This document shows positions 12,621 through 24,283 of a DNA stretch of 64,000 bases, piece by piece (position 1 is the first letter of the stretch; every line of letters starts with the position of its first letter). This DNA comes from Octopus vulgaris (taxonomy: Eukaryota): positions 41,478,001-41,542,000 of the forward strand of contig OX597834.1 in NCBI GenBank assembly GCA_951406725.2, written 5' to 3'. The notes under the pieces were generated by a model. That model was not told the DNA's origin. It ran no database searches and saw only the letters and a program-made list of their open reading frames with translations. The position numbers and the translations under genes are program-made.

Positions 12621-13280
12621 ATTACACATATCTGATTATAGATAACAACGGACAGACATCGCTAATCGCTCAGAGAAGGATTAGTATTGCTTTCATTAAT
12701 TTATTCTATCGAGTATCACTTCCTCTCAACAATTTTCGGAGTTTGGTGGGAGAATTTACTTTGATTCGACGAAGAAAGGGTTCAGTGTTGACAGCATATC
12801 TGCCCTGGCCCCGAAAAAGATGTATACCAGCAATTTGCCATAGCATTATGTTTTAAATCTACGAAATCTCAATAAAACCTAATATTAGCTTCTTAAAGTG
12901 CATCGAAATGGCAGAATCTTTACCACACCGGTTTAGCGTCAATGTAATCGGCTTAGGCCCCTACATCCAAACAATTGCTGGCCTTTTGCGAACATTTGAA
13001 ACCAATATTGGCATTCTAACAAAGGCGGAATTGTTAGGAACCAAATAAAATGCTTAGCAGCATTTCGTTCAAATTTACGATGAGAGGTCACACTCCGCCG
13101 AGATGGACATTGCCTTTAATCCTCCCAGGGTCGATAAAATAAGAACCAGCTGAGTATTGAAATCAATTTAATCGACTTACCACACCACCGAATTTGCTGA
13201 CTTCGTGTCAAAATTTGAAACCAATAGTTGCCTTCTAATCTCCGTTTTTCCAATTGTTTTGTTTTAAATACTATTTGCAG

Positions 13281-13445
13281 GAGGTCAAGGAATTGAAGGC
13301 GATGATATCAAAATTGAAGAAGATACCCGATTTCGATGAAACACGGAAGACCGAAATTGGAAATTTAGTTGCTGATTTAAGCGCTCAGTATGAGGACAAG
13401 TTGAGAAAAGCTACTGCTGATATGGAAAGAAGATACGCGAAACAG
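13281..13445 (+). CDS. IF gene 1 exon 4 (165 nt, L12/coil 2 start)
   Basis: ttgcag|GAG; EVKELKAMISK...LSAQYEDK...RRYAKQ; CAG|gtaaag; paralog 43946-44110. Confidence 0.92.
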
Positions 13446-13475
13446 GTAAAGAAATATATAGTAAGATCAAATATG

Positions 13476-13887
13476 CGCGGGAGTGGCTGTGTGGTAAGTA
13501 GCTTGCTAACCAACCACATGGTTCCGGGTTCAGTCCCACTGCGTGGCATCTTGGGCAAGTGTCTTCTGCTATAGCCCCGGGCCGACCAATGCCTTGTGAG
13601 TGGATTTGGTAGACGGAAACTGAAAGAAGCCTGTCGTATATATGTATATATATGTGTATATATGTATGTATGTGTTTGTGTGTGTGTGTTTGTCTCCCTA
13701 GCATTGCTTGACAACCGATGCTGGTGTGTTTACGTCCCCGTCACTTAGCGGTTCGGCAAAAGAGACCGATAGAATAAGTACTGGGCTTACAAAAGAATAG
13801 GTCCCGGGGTCGAGTTGCTCGATTAAAGGCGGTGCTCCAGCATGGCCGCAGTCAAATGACTGAAACAAGTAAAAGAGTAAAGAGAGT
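13476..13887 (+). mobile_element. SINE family A
   Basis: Aligns to other copies; begins 30 nt after the exon 4 donor. Confidence 0.87.
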
Positions 13888-14087
13888 ATGCTTTAAACAG
13901 TTGGAAAATTAACCTTATAAAATCTGTTTGTTCTCCTGGTACTTCAGATAATATCAGCCACATTGTTGAGAATGTTTATATGCATTGTACAAAAGAACAA
14001 ATACAGTTGGATGCTTTGAAACAGTTGGAAAACTAACCGTATATATTGTTTGTTCTTCTGATGTTTTGTCGTTTTGTAATCCGCAAA

Positions 14088-14518
14088 TCTCTCTCTGTAT
14101 AAACGGCAGTTTGTCTGTCTGTGTGTCTGTGTGTCTGTCAGGTTGTACCCTCACCCTGACCACGGCTTTCAACCGATTCTGATGAAACTTGACACACACA
14201 TAGCCCAATCTCATAATTCAAAACTAACGCAGCGAAAATTTTGAAAAGCTCCCCCAGTTCTGAAAAAAATCGATAAATTCGACATGGGGTCGAGAATCTA
14301 AGCTTTTTACATTTTCTGTCTAGGGGACACAACTCGACCTTTTTATCGCCCAAAGGGACAGCTAGGAATATCGTATACACAGAAGTATTCGAGTGAAGAG
14401 AAAACATTGCAACCTACACATGCGCCTTCGTTCCCTAGAGGGAAACGACTAGATTGGGATTAGTCGTTGCCTACTAGCGGCTCTTACATACCCAGGCAAC
14501 GCCGGGCTATGCTGCTAG
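14088..14518 (+). mobile_element. Helitron-like element, second family
   Basis: TC start; cccaggcaacgccggg hairpin + CTAG|T end. Confidence 0.7.
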
Positions 14519-14717
14519 TCTTCTATAAATCCACGGAAAATGGCTTTCAATTGAAACATTTGAAGAGCCTTACTTACCATACTTTAGTATACTGTAGTAT
14601 AGTTACAGGAAGAACGTAGACACATTTCACCTTATTTCAGATAGTATGAGCCACGTTGCTGAGAAGTTTTATGCGCATTGCTATTTTCGATACCAAATTT
14701 ATATTCAATGTGCATTG

Positions 14718-15240
14718 TACGAGGGCGGGGAGAAGATTTCATACGTGGATTATGAAGGGGAGATGCTGGAACTGTGAAATCTAGTATGCATTAATTTCAG
14801 CTCGTCTTATAAATAACATCATTGTTTCATTCCAGGTAATATGATATCTGACTGTTCAAAGAAGACTTCAAAAGTAGCTACTAGCGACTGCTCTCGAAAA
14901 TGGACAAAATTTGGCATCGTAGTGTTATTATGGACCTGCAGGAAAAGGTTTCGCCGCCCCCTTCCCGCAAGGACGTTCATTGTGGCATGGTTGCTACATT
15001 ATGAAATGGCGCTCCAGCTTTATGAACGGTGCAAAAGTAGGCAGCTGAATTTAGGAGGGGAATGGAGTGTCTTGAAGATAACCCAAATTCTAGCTGTCCT
15101 GCAATTGCTACCTCCGAGGAAAACATCGACTGTGATCACCACATGGTGATGGACGACAGGCGATTGACTATAAGCCAAATAGCCAACGGTATTAGCATAT
15201 CCAGTGAGAGAGTTGAGAATATGCTGTACATCAGGGCATA
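14718..15240 (+). mobile_element. Degenerate mariner transposon fragment
   Basis: TA|CGAGG start; frameshifted HTH remnant EENID..MVMDDRRLTISQIANGISISSERVENML. Confidence 0.75.
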
Positions 15241-15708
15241 TCCATCACGCTTGCAGAACGATGAAAGAGTTCTGCATAACACATGTTTAGTGCCCAGAAT
15301 TGCTAAGTTGTAGAAAGAGTTATGTTGCGTAGCTGTACTTATGTGAGTAACGGACTTGGTTATCAGCAGAGTCCATCGTGTAAATCAAATTGTAGCCTTC
15401 TTTCCGGGTGGAAAAGGCAATCAGTTTTATTTCGATCGCTAGGAGAAAATACAGGTTGTATACACAACGGACAGATTTGAATGGAAGAGGGCTCAGGCAA
15501 GCCCCCTTCACTTTTTTCAGGTCATTTGTAGAAGGAAAAGGAGTCCAGCAACCGTTTATGTTAATTTTACCTATTTTTGACTATTTTTTCACAATCAGTT
15601 CTGAACAACAATCCAACTATTTGTAACTTTTCCTTGTAATATCGCTTTAGCTACTGCAATTTGGAAGACAAATAAAACATAAAAATTATAATTTTATTAT
15701 CTCCATAG

Positions 15709-15804
15709 TTACAGTTAGAGAAGGCAAAAGCCAAGACCAAAGAAGATTTTATAGACCCAAGGAAGAGAAGAGATTTGGGTAAAATAAGCGAACTTGAAAC
15801 TCAG
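15709..15804 (+). CDS. IF gene 1 exon 5 (96 nt, divergent)
   Basis: ccatag|TTA; LQLEKAKAKTKEDFIDPRKRRDLGKISELETQ; CAG|gtaagg; flanks (ataattttattat upstream; gtaaggaa...tcaatc and (tcta)n downstream) match those of gene 2 exon 5. A second in-frame acceptor (acag, 6 nt downstream) is also possible. Confidence 0.8.
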
Positions 15805-15855
15805 GTAAGGAACGTTACATCAATCAACTAACCAACTAATCAGTCAATCCCTCAG

Positions 15856-15949
<94 letters not shown>

Positions 15950-16465
15950 ATCCATCCATCCATCCATCCATCTCTCTCTCTCTCTCTCTCTCTCTATGTA
16001 TCTATCTACATCTATACCAGTATACAAACCTGCGCGTATACACACACGCACACCCACACACAAATATATAAGTGTGTGTGTATGTGCGTGTGTGTGTGTG
16101 TGCGCGTGTCTGTGTGTGTGCGTTTGTGCGTTTGTGTGTGTGTGTGTGAAAGATTGAATTATATTTCGTCCTTTAATTTGGAGGATTCCCAAATCCACTT
16201 TCTACAATAGATTCTTCATCTTTTGCTGGTAGCCTAGTGGCGTAAGTTTGCGAAAATGCAAAATAATACTTGTATATGGTGTGTTATGGGAATTTATGGG
16301 AAGGCATCCCATAAAACTCAATAAATTTGTTTAAAATGGAGAAGAGAAAATATTAAAATTTAAGGGATTTTTAATTCATGCATACGATATAACTGTAAAT
16401 GTAATTTGTGACAATTATTTGGTAGCCATCGGAAAAATATGAAGCCATTTTTTCCGATGGCCAGA

Positions 16466-16522
16466 TAACTGAAGAGATGGAGGCGTGGATTTCCACCTCG
16501 GCATCCGAAACTCGGAGTTTTA
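16466..16522 (+). ncRNA. Hammerhead-ribozyme-like motif
   Basis: taa-CTGAAGA-gatg..catc-c-GAAA-ctc-g-gag-TT-tta, enclosed by a 37-bp stem (16393-16429/16525-16561). Confidence 0.55.
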
Positions 16523-16789
16523 GCATGGCTACCGAATAATTGTCACATATTACATTTACAGATAAATTCCTCGATTTACATAAAATCGAGGTCTCTTTCT
16601 GTCTTTTGTGGTCTTACCATTTTTATCAATATATATATATAATCAGTTAAGGGCTAGTTTCACCTAATAAGAATAATAATAAGAATACGGGATGTTTTGG
16701 ATACATTTCACAGTTTGCATAAAAGCAGAAGAAAATGTAATTTCCCATCGATAACTAAAAATTATTCTAAAAAATCAAAATGTTTCAAC

Positions 16790-17200
16790 TATATCATATA
16801 ATTAAAGCGATAACAATAATACTTGAAGTAGCCGCGCTCAGCTTCTGCTAAGGCCTCAAAACGGCCCCAGAACCTGCAGGTAGAACGCTAGGTGTTGCAG
16901 GTAGAACGCTTGGTGTTGCAGGTAGAACGCTTGGTGTTGCAGGTAGAACGCTTGTTGTCTCTCTCAACCGCGCCCGACGCAGTGTGATCTATGAAATTAC
17001 AATTGGGAGAATTAGAAAGACTAGAAACGGATTTTGTGAAGTCATAGAAATTCTCGAACATCCACAACAGGACCTTTCCGAAGGTCTGGCAAGGACCCCA
17101 ATCCTGCTTCCACACACATACTGCCTTCCAACAGCGACCCTCACCAGCTAGATGTTGACCAGTCTGCAGCAGCCTGACGTAGCTGTTTCAATTGAGCCTA
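16790..17200 (-). mobile_element. Degenerate Tc1/mariner-like fragment with 21-bp tandem repeat
   Basis: Minus-strand remnant PNSPNCNFID..GAVER..CNTK; an inverted partial copy lies at 17739-17909. Confidence 0.6.
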
Positions 17201-17477
17201 AGGCCCTGTTCAAAAGGGTTGGACAGCATTAAAATATTTGACTGGTTTCCAGTTCTCCATATCAGTTAACTTTTTCTAAACTTCACATTCCAACGTCTCT
17301 GATTGTTCACCAATGTAGGAAAGCATTTCTGTAAGAAAGGGAAAAATTTGTCAAATTTAGCCTAATACCCTGTAAAAAAATTGTCTCAACAGTTTTATGG
17401 TAATTAATAATTGTATAATAATTAATAATTATATATTATTTTACAATTAATAATTGCATTATTTATTGTCTTTACAG

Positions 17478-17698
17478 ATAGCAGATATGAAACGTAAAAT
17501 TACTGAACTGGAATTTCAACGGGATGAGGCCGAAAACGGACGAGAATCCGACGCTGCGAGTTACGAGGACGAGATTGCTCGCTTGCGTAGAGACTTCGAG
17601 AATGTGTTCAAGGACTTCGAAGAGCTGGCAAATGCTAAGAACTTCGCAGGGATGAAGGTGGCATCAATGCTTGCACTACTTAAAGACGTAGATAGCAG
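17478..17698 (+). CDS. IF gene 1 exon 6 (221 nt, end of coil 2, degenerate termination motif)
   Basis: ttacag|ATA; IADMKRKITELEFQ...AKNFAGMKVASMLALLKDVDS; AG|gtaaat; same size and phase as 50000-50220 and 62272-62492. Confidence 0.92.
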
Positions 17699-18254
17699 GT
17701 AAATATTAAATAAATCAGAAATATTAAATTTCTAAATATCGGGCGCGGTTGAGAGAGACACCAAGCGCTCTACCTGCAACACCAAGGCCGAAATGGTGAC
17801 CAAGATCAGGGAGGTGTTTCAAATCTTCGCAAAGATGCACTGAAGAATGCATGCGCCAGTTTTTGGGGCCGTTTTGAGGCCTTAGCAGAAGCTGAGCGCG
17901 GCTACTTCACCACTACGGTGGTGGGGCGATAGAATGGTTGTATACTGTCAATTTAACGTGACAGTAGGGGATTACACCACCGCTGTTTAGCCCTAGGAAG
18001 CATCGACGCTTCCTGATGGCTTCGACACATTTTTTTTCCTGTGTCCTTATATATTTACGAAGGGGAGACAAATACCCCCAGCAGGCAGGCCTGCATCTAG
18101 AGACACGCATGTTTCAGGATCTTTGTCCATCATCGGTCTAGAGTAGCAGACGCCTGCCAGCTGCAGATATCCGTCTCGACTTCGTAAATATATATATATC
18201 TAATATATATATATAATATAATCCCAAGATTCTGAGTTCGATTCTAGGCAGTGA

Positions 18255-18285
<31 letters not shown>

Positions 18286-18801
18286 GATAATAATAATAAC
18301 AACAACATCGAAAAATACCTTAAGAATGAGAACCCAGGTTCGGAAGGCTGGAGAGTATATCAGCCGAACCGTTATGTTAACAACAAACAAGATGAAAATA
18401 AAGTTCCATAAATAATGTACATAATTCCTCATCTCTTAAATATAGAAGTGTATTAAACATTAATGTATTTCATTTCACTCAACCCAAGCAGTCGGTGAGT
18501 GGGGAGCGAAACCACCGTCTGCTAGGTTTGCTAGGAAAAGCAGCCAGACGTAAACCTGTTCACCCGCTACACTACAATGCAACACATGTAAATTCAACGA
18601 TTTGAACGGATACGCAAAAATGACGAGATCAGCCTCGCCATAATAGACTTTTGGTGTCTAGGCTAAAATGAGAGGTTGAACGTCATCAAAGCCACATACA
18701 CGTTCAGCAATAACGAATAATAAACACTCTTCTTTCATTGAATTCACGTATTAACCTACAATATTTGTTGAGATTACATTAAATGTATCTTAATTTTGCA
18801 G

Positions 18802-19049
18802 TGAGAGTTCGAAACCGGTTGATGGACCTCAAACAGAAGGTGAGTCGGCACCTGGACCTCAAACAGAGGGTGAGTCGGCACCTGGACCTCAAACAAAAGG
18901 TGAGTCGGCACCTGGACATCAAACAGAAGGTGAGTCGGCACCTGGACCTCAAACAGAGGGTGAGTCGGCACCTGGACCTAAAACAGAAGGTGAGTCGGCA
19001 CCTGGACCTCAAACAAAAGTTGAGTCGGCACCTGGACATCAAACAAAAG
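18802..19049 (+). CDS. IF gene 1 exon 7 with in-frame GPQTEGESAP repeats; 3' end variable (18839+30k up to 19049, or GC donor after 19081)
   Basis: tttgcag|T GAG AGT; ESSKPVD(GPQTEGESAP)x8 VNALAA; homologous to gene 2 [14 protein letters not shown] and gene 3 GLQTESESAL. Confidence 0.78.
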
Positions 19050-19063
19050 GTGAGTCGGCACCT
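18824..19063 (+). repeat. Coding minisatellite, 8 x 30 bp (ggacctcaaacagaaggtgagtcggcacct)
   Basis: Eight contiguous units with 0-2 substitutions each, read directly. Confidence 0.97.
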
Positions 19064-19506
19064 GTGAACGCATTAGCAGCAGCGAGTTGCATTTGTCTTC
19101 ATCACTTCCTTCATAAAAGAATGCAACATATATACATACATACATACATACATACATACATACATACATACATACATACATACATACGTACGTACATACA
19201 TACATACATACATACGTACATACATACATACATACATACATACGTACATACATACATACATACATACATACATACATACATACGTACGTACATACATACA
19301 TACATACATACATACGTACATACATACATACATACATACATACGTACATACATACATACATACACACATACAAACATACATATAATACAAATAAGAAAAT
19401 GGAGAAACAAATTTGGTTTGTTCATCAACTTACGGATATTATATTGCTGGATTATTTATTCATGATATCTCATAGTGGGTTACACCCATAACCCCTACCT
19501 TACTTT

Positions 19507-19633
<127 letters not shown>

Positions 19634-19811
19634 GTATGTGTATATACACACAAACACACATATATACATATATATATAAATGTGTGTATTTCTCTTTCTC
19701 TCTCTCTCTCTCTCTCCCTATATATATATATGTGTGTGTATATATATATATATGTATGTGTATATACACACAAACACACATATATACATATATATATATA
19801 AATGTGTGTAT

Positions 19812-19894
<83 letters not shown>

Positions 19895-20095
19895 CATACA
19901 TATATACGTAAGTATGTGTATGTAAGTGAATGTGGTGTGCTTGAATGTGCTTGTATGTGCGTGTTATGTACCTTGGGCTATTAAATCATTGGTAAAATGG
20001 CAAGAATGATATCGTGACACAGCGTACAGGTACACAACAAGCTCATCCAGATTCAGATCCGAACATAATGAGCGAAACAGAGAAGAGAGAGAGAG

Positions 20096-20130
<35 letters not shown>

Positions 20131-20177
20131 CGAAAGATAGGAATGCAAGAGAGAAGTGAGAGAGAAAGACAGAGACA

Positions 20178-20208
<31 letters not shown>

Positions 20209-20551
20209 TGTGTGTGTGTACAATCTATTCTATTAGTATAGTAGTTCCTCAGTTATTGACACCAATAGATCGGAAGGCAAGGCCGACCCCAGGAATTTAA
20301 TCTCAGAGGGTTACAATTAGCATAAGGGAGCCTCCATAATTCTGAGGTTATTTTATTGTGTTTGTGTATACCGAGAAATCCCGGGTTCTTGCCAATAAAG
20401 AAGCGGTTTCTAGCCTAGATCCAAGGCTCCTTTATTGGAATTTCAACATCAGACATCAACAACAGGGTAAGGAACTCTTGAGAGTCAACGGCCATCCAAT
20501 AAATGTGTAATTATATATATATCTTTACTATATATCTGCCTTTTTTATATA

Positions 20552-20591
<40 letters not shown>

Positions 20592-21121
20592 ACTCCTTAT
20601 ATCAATCTTATCCAGCTTAAGGGTGTATCATGCGCGGGGACATAGAAATAATCGGACTGAATACCCGATCGCGCGGTTAAACCATTGGGAGTGAAGGACT
20701 CCTAGCCTTTGTTAGGGCATCCTTCTATGAGAAGGTAACTCAGGTAACTGGGATGACTCCGACATAAAACGTGCGGCTCAGTGGTTACCGATGATGTTGA
20801 CTTGTTCTTCTTTTCGGATCATGGCTGCTGTTGCTTAGTGAGTGGGATTGACTCAGTGCTCAGCCTTTCCTCACTTTAAAAAAAAACTCTTCTTGCACAG
20901 GCATTGCACGATAACGAGTTAAGCTTCGTGCAATGGTCATACTCGATAACGAGGGGGCAGCTACCATGTATGTTTGTTTGTATGTATGTATGTATGTATG
21001 TTTGTATGTATGTATGTGTGTGTGTGTGTGTCTGTGTATGTATATATGTACATACGTACGTAGTATGTATATATTTGACTAAGTAGGTAGCTATCAATCT
21101 ATCTACTTATCTATCAATATC

Positions 21122-21155
<34 letters not shown>

Positions 21156-21347
21156 TGTGCATGCGCGTGTGTGTGTCTATATATATATATATATATACCT
21201 GTAAATTCATATAGAAATATCTATATATATATACATGTGTGTATCTTTGTACACACACACACAAGTACATACACACACAAGCACACACACACACGTGTTT
21301 ATATATGTACAGTTTATAATATTCATACCTCTGGACATTTTCTTCAG

Positions 21348-21451
21348 AGAAAGAGACCATGAGCCGCCCTACAGAAGACTCTGTGAAAATCCTTGAAGTA
21401 GGACCCGATGGAAAATACATTCAACTTGAAGACCTTGCTGAGTTCCCAAAG
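21348..21451 (+). CDS. IF gene 1 exon 8 (104 nt, lamin-tail-like domain start)
   Basis: ttcag|AG AAA GAG; KETMSRPTEDSVKILEVGPDGKYIQLEDLAEFPK; AAG|gtaagt; paralog 54985-55088. Confidence 0.9.
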
Positions 21452-21750
21452 GTAAGTGTGCATATCGTTCTGTTCGTTTCTAAGTGTTCCTGATGACAGA
21501 TGCAATTCTGTCCTTTCATACCATTTTCTCATTCATACACTTTCACAGCCAGTTTAACGGTCATTAATACTCATCTTTGACCGCTTTCTCTTTATTTGTG
21601 TACGTAACAACGACGTTATTGTTCAGCCCCACCTTTGCTGTTTGTTCCTTCTCGAGCCATGCCTGGTTTCCTGGTTTCATTAGCGTATAGGTTCCCCAAC
21701 TGGATGGGGCGCCGGTCCGTCGCAGCTCAATGCCACTGCTTTATACAAAA

Positions 21751-22165
21751 CGGCGAGCTGGCAGAATCGTTACCACGACGGGTGAAATGCATAGCGGTAT
21801 TTTGTCTGCTGCTACGTTCTGAGTTCTAATTCCGCCGAGGTCGAATTTGCCTTTCATCCTTTCGGGGTCGATAAATTAAGTACCAGTTACGCACTGGGGT
21901 CGATGTAATCGACTTAATCACTCTGTCTGTCCTTATTTGTCCTCTCTGTGTTTTGCCCCTTGTAGGTAGTAAAGAAATAGGTATTTCGACTGTCGTTACG
22001 TTCTGAGTTCATATTCCGCCGTGGTCGACTTTGCCTTTCATCCTTTCGGGGTCGATTAAATAAGTACCAGTTATGCACCGTGTTCGATGTAATCGACTTA
22101 ATCCGTTTGTCTGTCCTTGTTTGTCCCCTCTGTGTTTACCCCCTTGAGGGCAATAAAGAAATAGG
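21751..22165 (+). mobile_element. SINE family C, tandem dimer
   Basis: cggcgagctggcagaatcgtta...gagttc(t)aattcc head; body repeated twice. Confidence 0.85.
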
Positions 22166-22188
22166 AAACCGCAGCAAATCTTCACCCG

Positions 22189-22237
<49 letters not shown>

Positions 22238-22383
22238 ACATACACACATACACATGCACGCACGCAAACATGGAAATCTATTTTACCTCTGTAATATTCA
22301 ATGATACTTTGCCAACCCGCATAATTCATCATTATCAATATTCCTTTTCTACTGTCTAATGCATATGCTCTTTCTAATCGTAG

Positions 22384-22494
22384 GGTGCAACAAACATGAA
22401 GAACTGGACATTGACGCAAACCCTTGACAATGGCAAGAGCCGCACCCATATATTTACCAATGGTAACGTGTTTGGTGCTAGCAAAATTGTCAAA
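22384..22494 (+). CDS. IF gene 1 exon 9 (111 nt, tail domain)
   Basis: cgtag|GGT; GATNMKNWTLTQTLDNGKSRTHIFTNGNVFGASKIVK; AAA|gtaagt. Confidence 0.9.
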
Positions 22495-22512
22495 GTAAGT
22501 ATGTGTTATTTT

Positions 22513-22612
22513 TAATGTTTATTATCTTTATGTTTATTATTTTTATGTTTATTATTTTTATGTTTATTATTTTTATGTTTATTATTTTTATGTTTATTAT
22601 TTTTATGTTTAT
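22513..22612. repeat. 15-bp tandem repeat (atgtttattattttt) x ~6-7
   Basis: Read directly. Confidence 0.9.
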
Positions 22613-22721
22613 TACTATGTCGATAATAGAGAAGGCGACCTAGTGACAGGAATGGAATACCGTGTGTATCGACTACTGGGAGCATGCATGCCCTGTAACA
22701 ATATAGAGTAATATTAGTTCT

Positions 22722-23128
22722 TGTTTCTTTATTGCCCACAAGGGGCTAAACATTGAGGAGAGAAACAAGGACAAACAAAGGGGTTAAGTCGATTATATCG
22801 ACCCCAGCGCGTAACTGGTACTTAATTTATCGACCCCGAAAGGATGAAAGGCAAAGTCGATCTCGGCGGAATTTGAACTCAGAACGTAGCGGCAGACGAA
22901 ATACCCATTTCTTCACTACCCACGAGGGGCTAAACACAGAAAGGACAAACAAGGGCAGACAAACGTATTAAGTCGATTACATCGACCCCAGTGCGTAACT
23001 GGTACTTATTTAATCGACCCCGAAAGGATGAAAGGCAAATTCGACTTCGGCGGAATTTGAACTCAGAAAGTAAGGGCAGACAAAATACCGCAAAGCATTT
23101 CGTCCGACGTGCTAACGGTTCTACCAGT
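22722..23128 (-). mobile_element. SINE family C, tandem dimer (inverted relative to 21751)
   Basis: Reverse complement of family C. Confidence 0.85.
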
Positions 23129-23275
23129 AATAGTCTATTGTTTCTGATAGGTTAACAGTAATATTTCTTCTTTCATTCCGTTGATCCATGATGAGAATGA
23201 AATGTAAGGGGAATAAGAGGAGAAGGAGGAAATAATTCATTTGCTTTCTACTTGTGTTGCTAAACCTGTGTGTAA

Positions 23276-23670
23276 TCTTTATATACAAAAGTGAGGTTGT
23301 GTGCTGTCTGTCTCCTACGATTTAGATTCCTAACTATTCCCACATTTTGCGGTGCAGTTTAACCAAAACTGGGTATCTTATAGTCGTGATTCATATCGAG
23401 CCCTTCTAGGTATTAGTGCGCGTCTACAATGAGTCTACGATTTAAAAAAAAATGACCATAATTTTTCCCATTTTTAATGCATTTTTGGCATATATAAGGG
23501 AAGTAACTCTCTAAAAATTTATTACTAAATCTCAGAACGTAAAAAGCTACAGTAACACCCCCCCCTTTGTGGTTAGCCATATTGAGATGGCTATTATACT
23601 TTACATCTCTAAAAATGCTTATATAGTTATTTACCTTACAAACCCGAGCAACGCCGGGCGATACTGCTAG
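23276..23670 (+). mobile_element. Non-autonomous Helitron-like element
   Basis: Near-identical to 11150-11545. Confidence 0.85.
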
Positions 23671-24175
23671 TCTATGTCTATATTAGTTGTATTAAAATCA
23701 TGAACAGTTAATTCAAAATGGATGCTACCTCTCTGACCTCTGCAGTAAACACGGACAAAAAACAGTTGCTAATCATTCTGTGAACAGTCAAAATTGTAAG
23801 AGTATCGGACACAATGCCTAGTGTTATTCATTCCACCTCTTCTTAGTTCAAATTCTGCTAAGATCGAATTTACTTTTCAGCCGTCTGAGGTTGATTAATC
23901 TTCTAAACTTTTTGCCTTGGCAGAATCGTTAAAGTATCCGAAAAATACGCTTTGACATTTATTTCCGGCTTTTTATTCGCATTTTGAAGTCATGAAGTAG
24001 TCAACTGTTCCGTCTCCCACTTCGATTTTATCAAATAAAATTACTAGTGAAGAACTGGAGTCCATGTAATCGACTAAAACTCTGTTTCATAGTTCTTACA
24101 TTGTGTCTCAGAAGAAATATGACTTTCGTTGGTGATGCTGTTACTATAATCACATTTTTTTGTTTTCATTTTTAG

Positions 24176-24283
24176 ATTTGGGGATCAAAACACGGTGCTG
24201 GGCAAGATGGAATCACATCTTCTGAGGTCACTGAATGGGATACATCAAAATCGACAATTTCTTTGAAAGACAACGAAAATATG
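24176..24283 (+). CDS. IF gene 1 exon 10 (108 nt, tail domain)
   Basis: tttag|ATT TGG; IWGSKHGAGQDGITSSEVTEWDTSKSTISLKDNENM; ATG|gtaaga. Confidence 0.9.

Noticed and set aside
18824-19063. CRISPR-like array
   Set aside because: Contiguous tandem units with no unique spacers, inside a eukaryotic exon
18783-19067. ORF-track peptide (HLDLKQKVSR)n and the minus-strand repeat peptides
   Set aside because: Wrong frames; splice phase and paralog homology identify GPQTEGESAP as the coding frame
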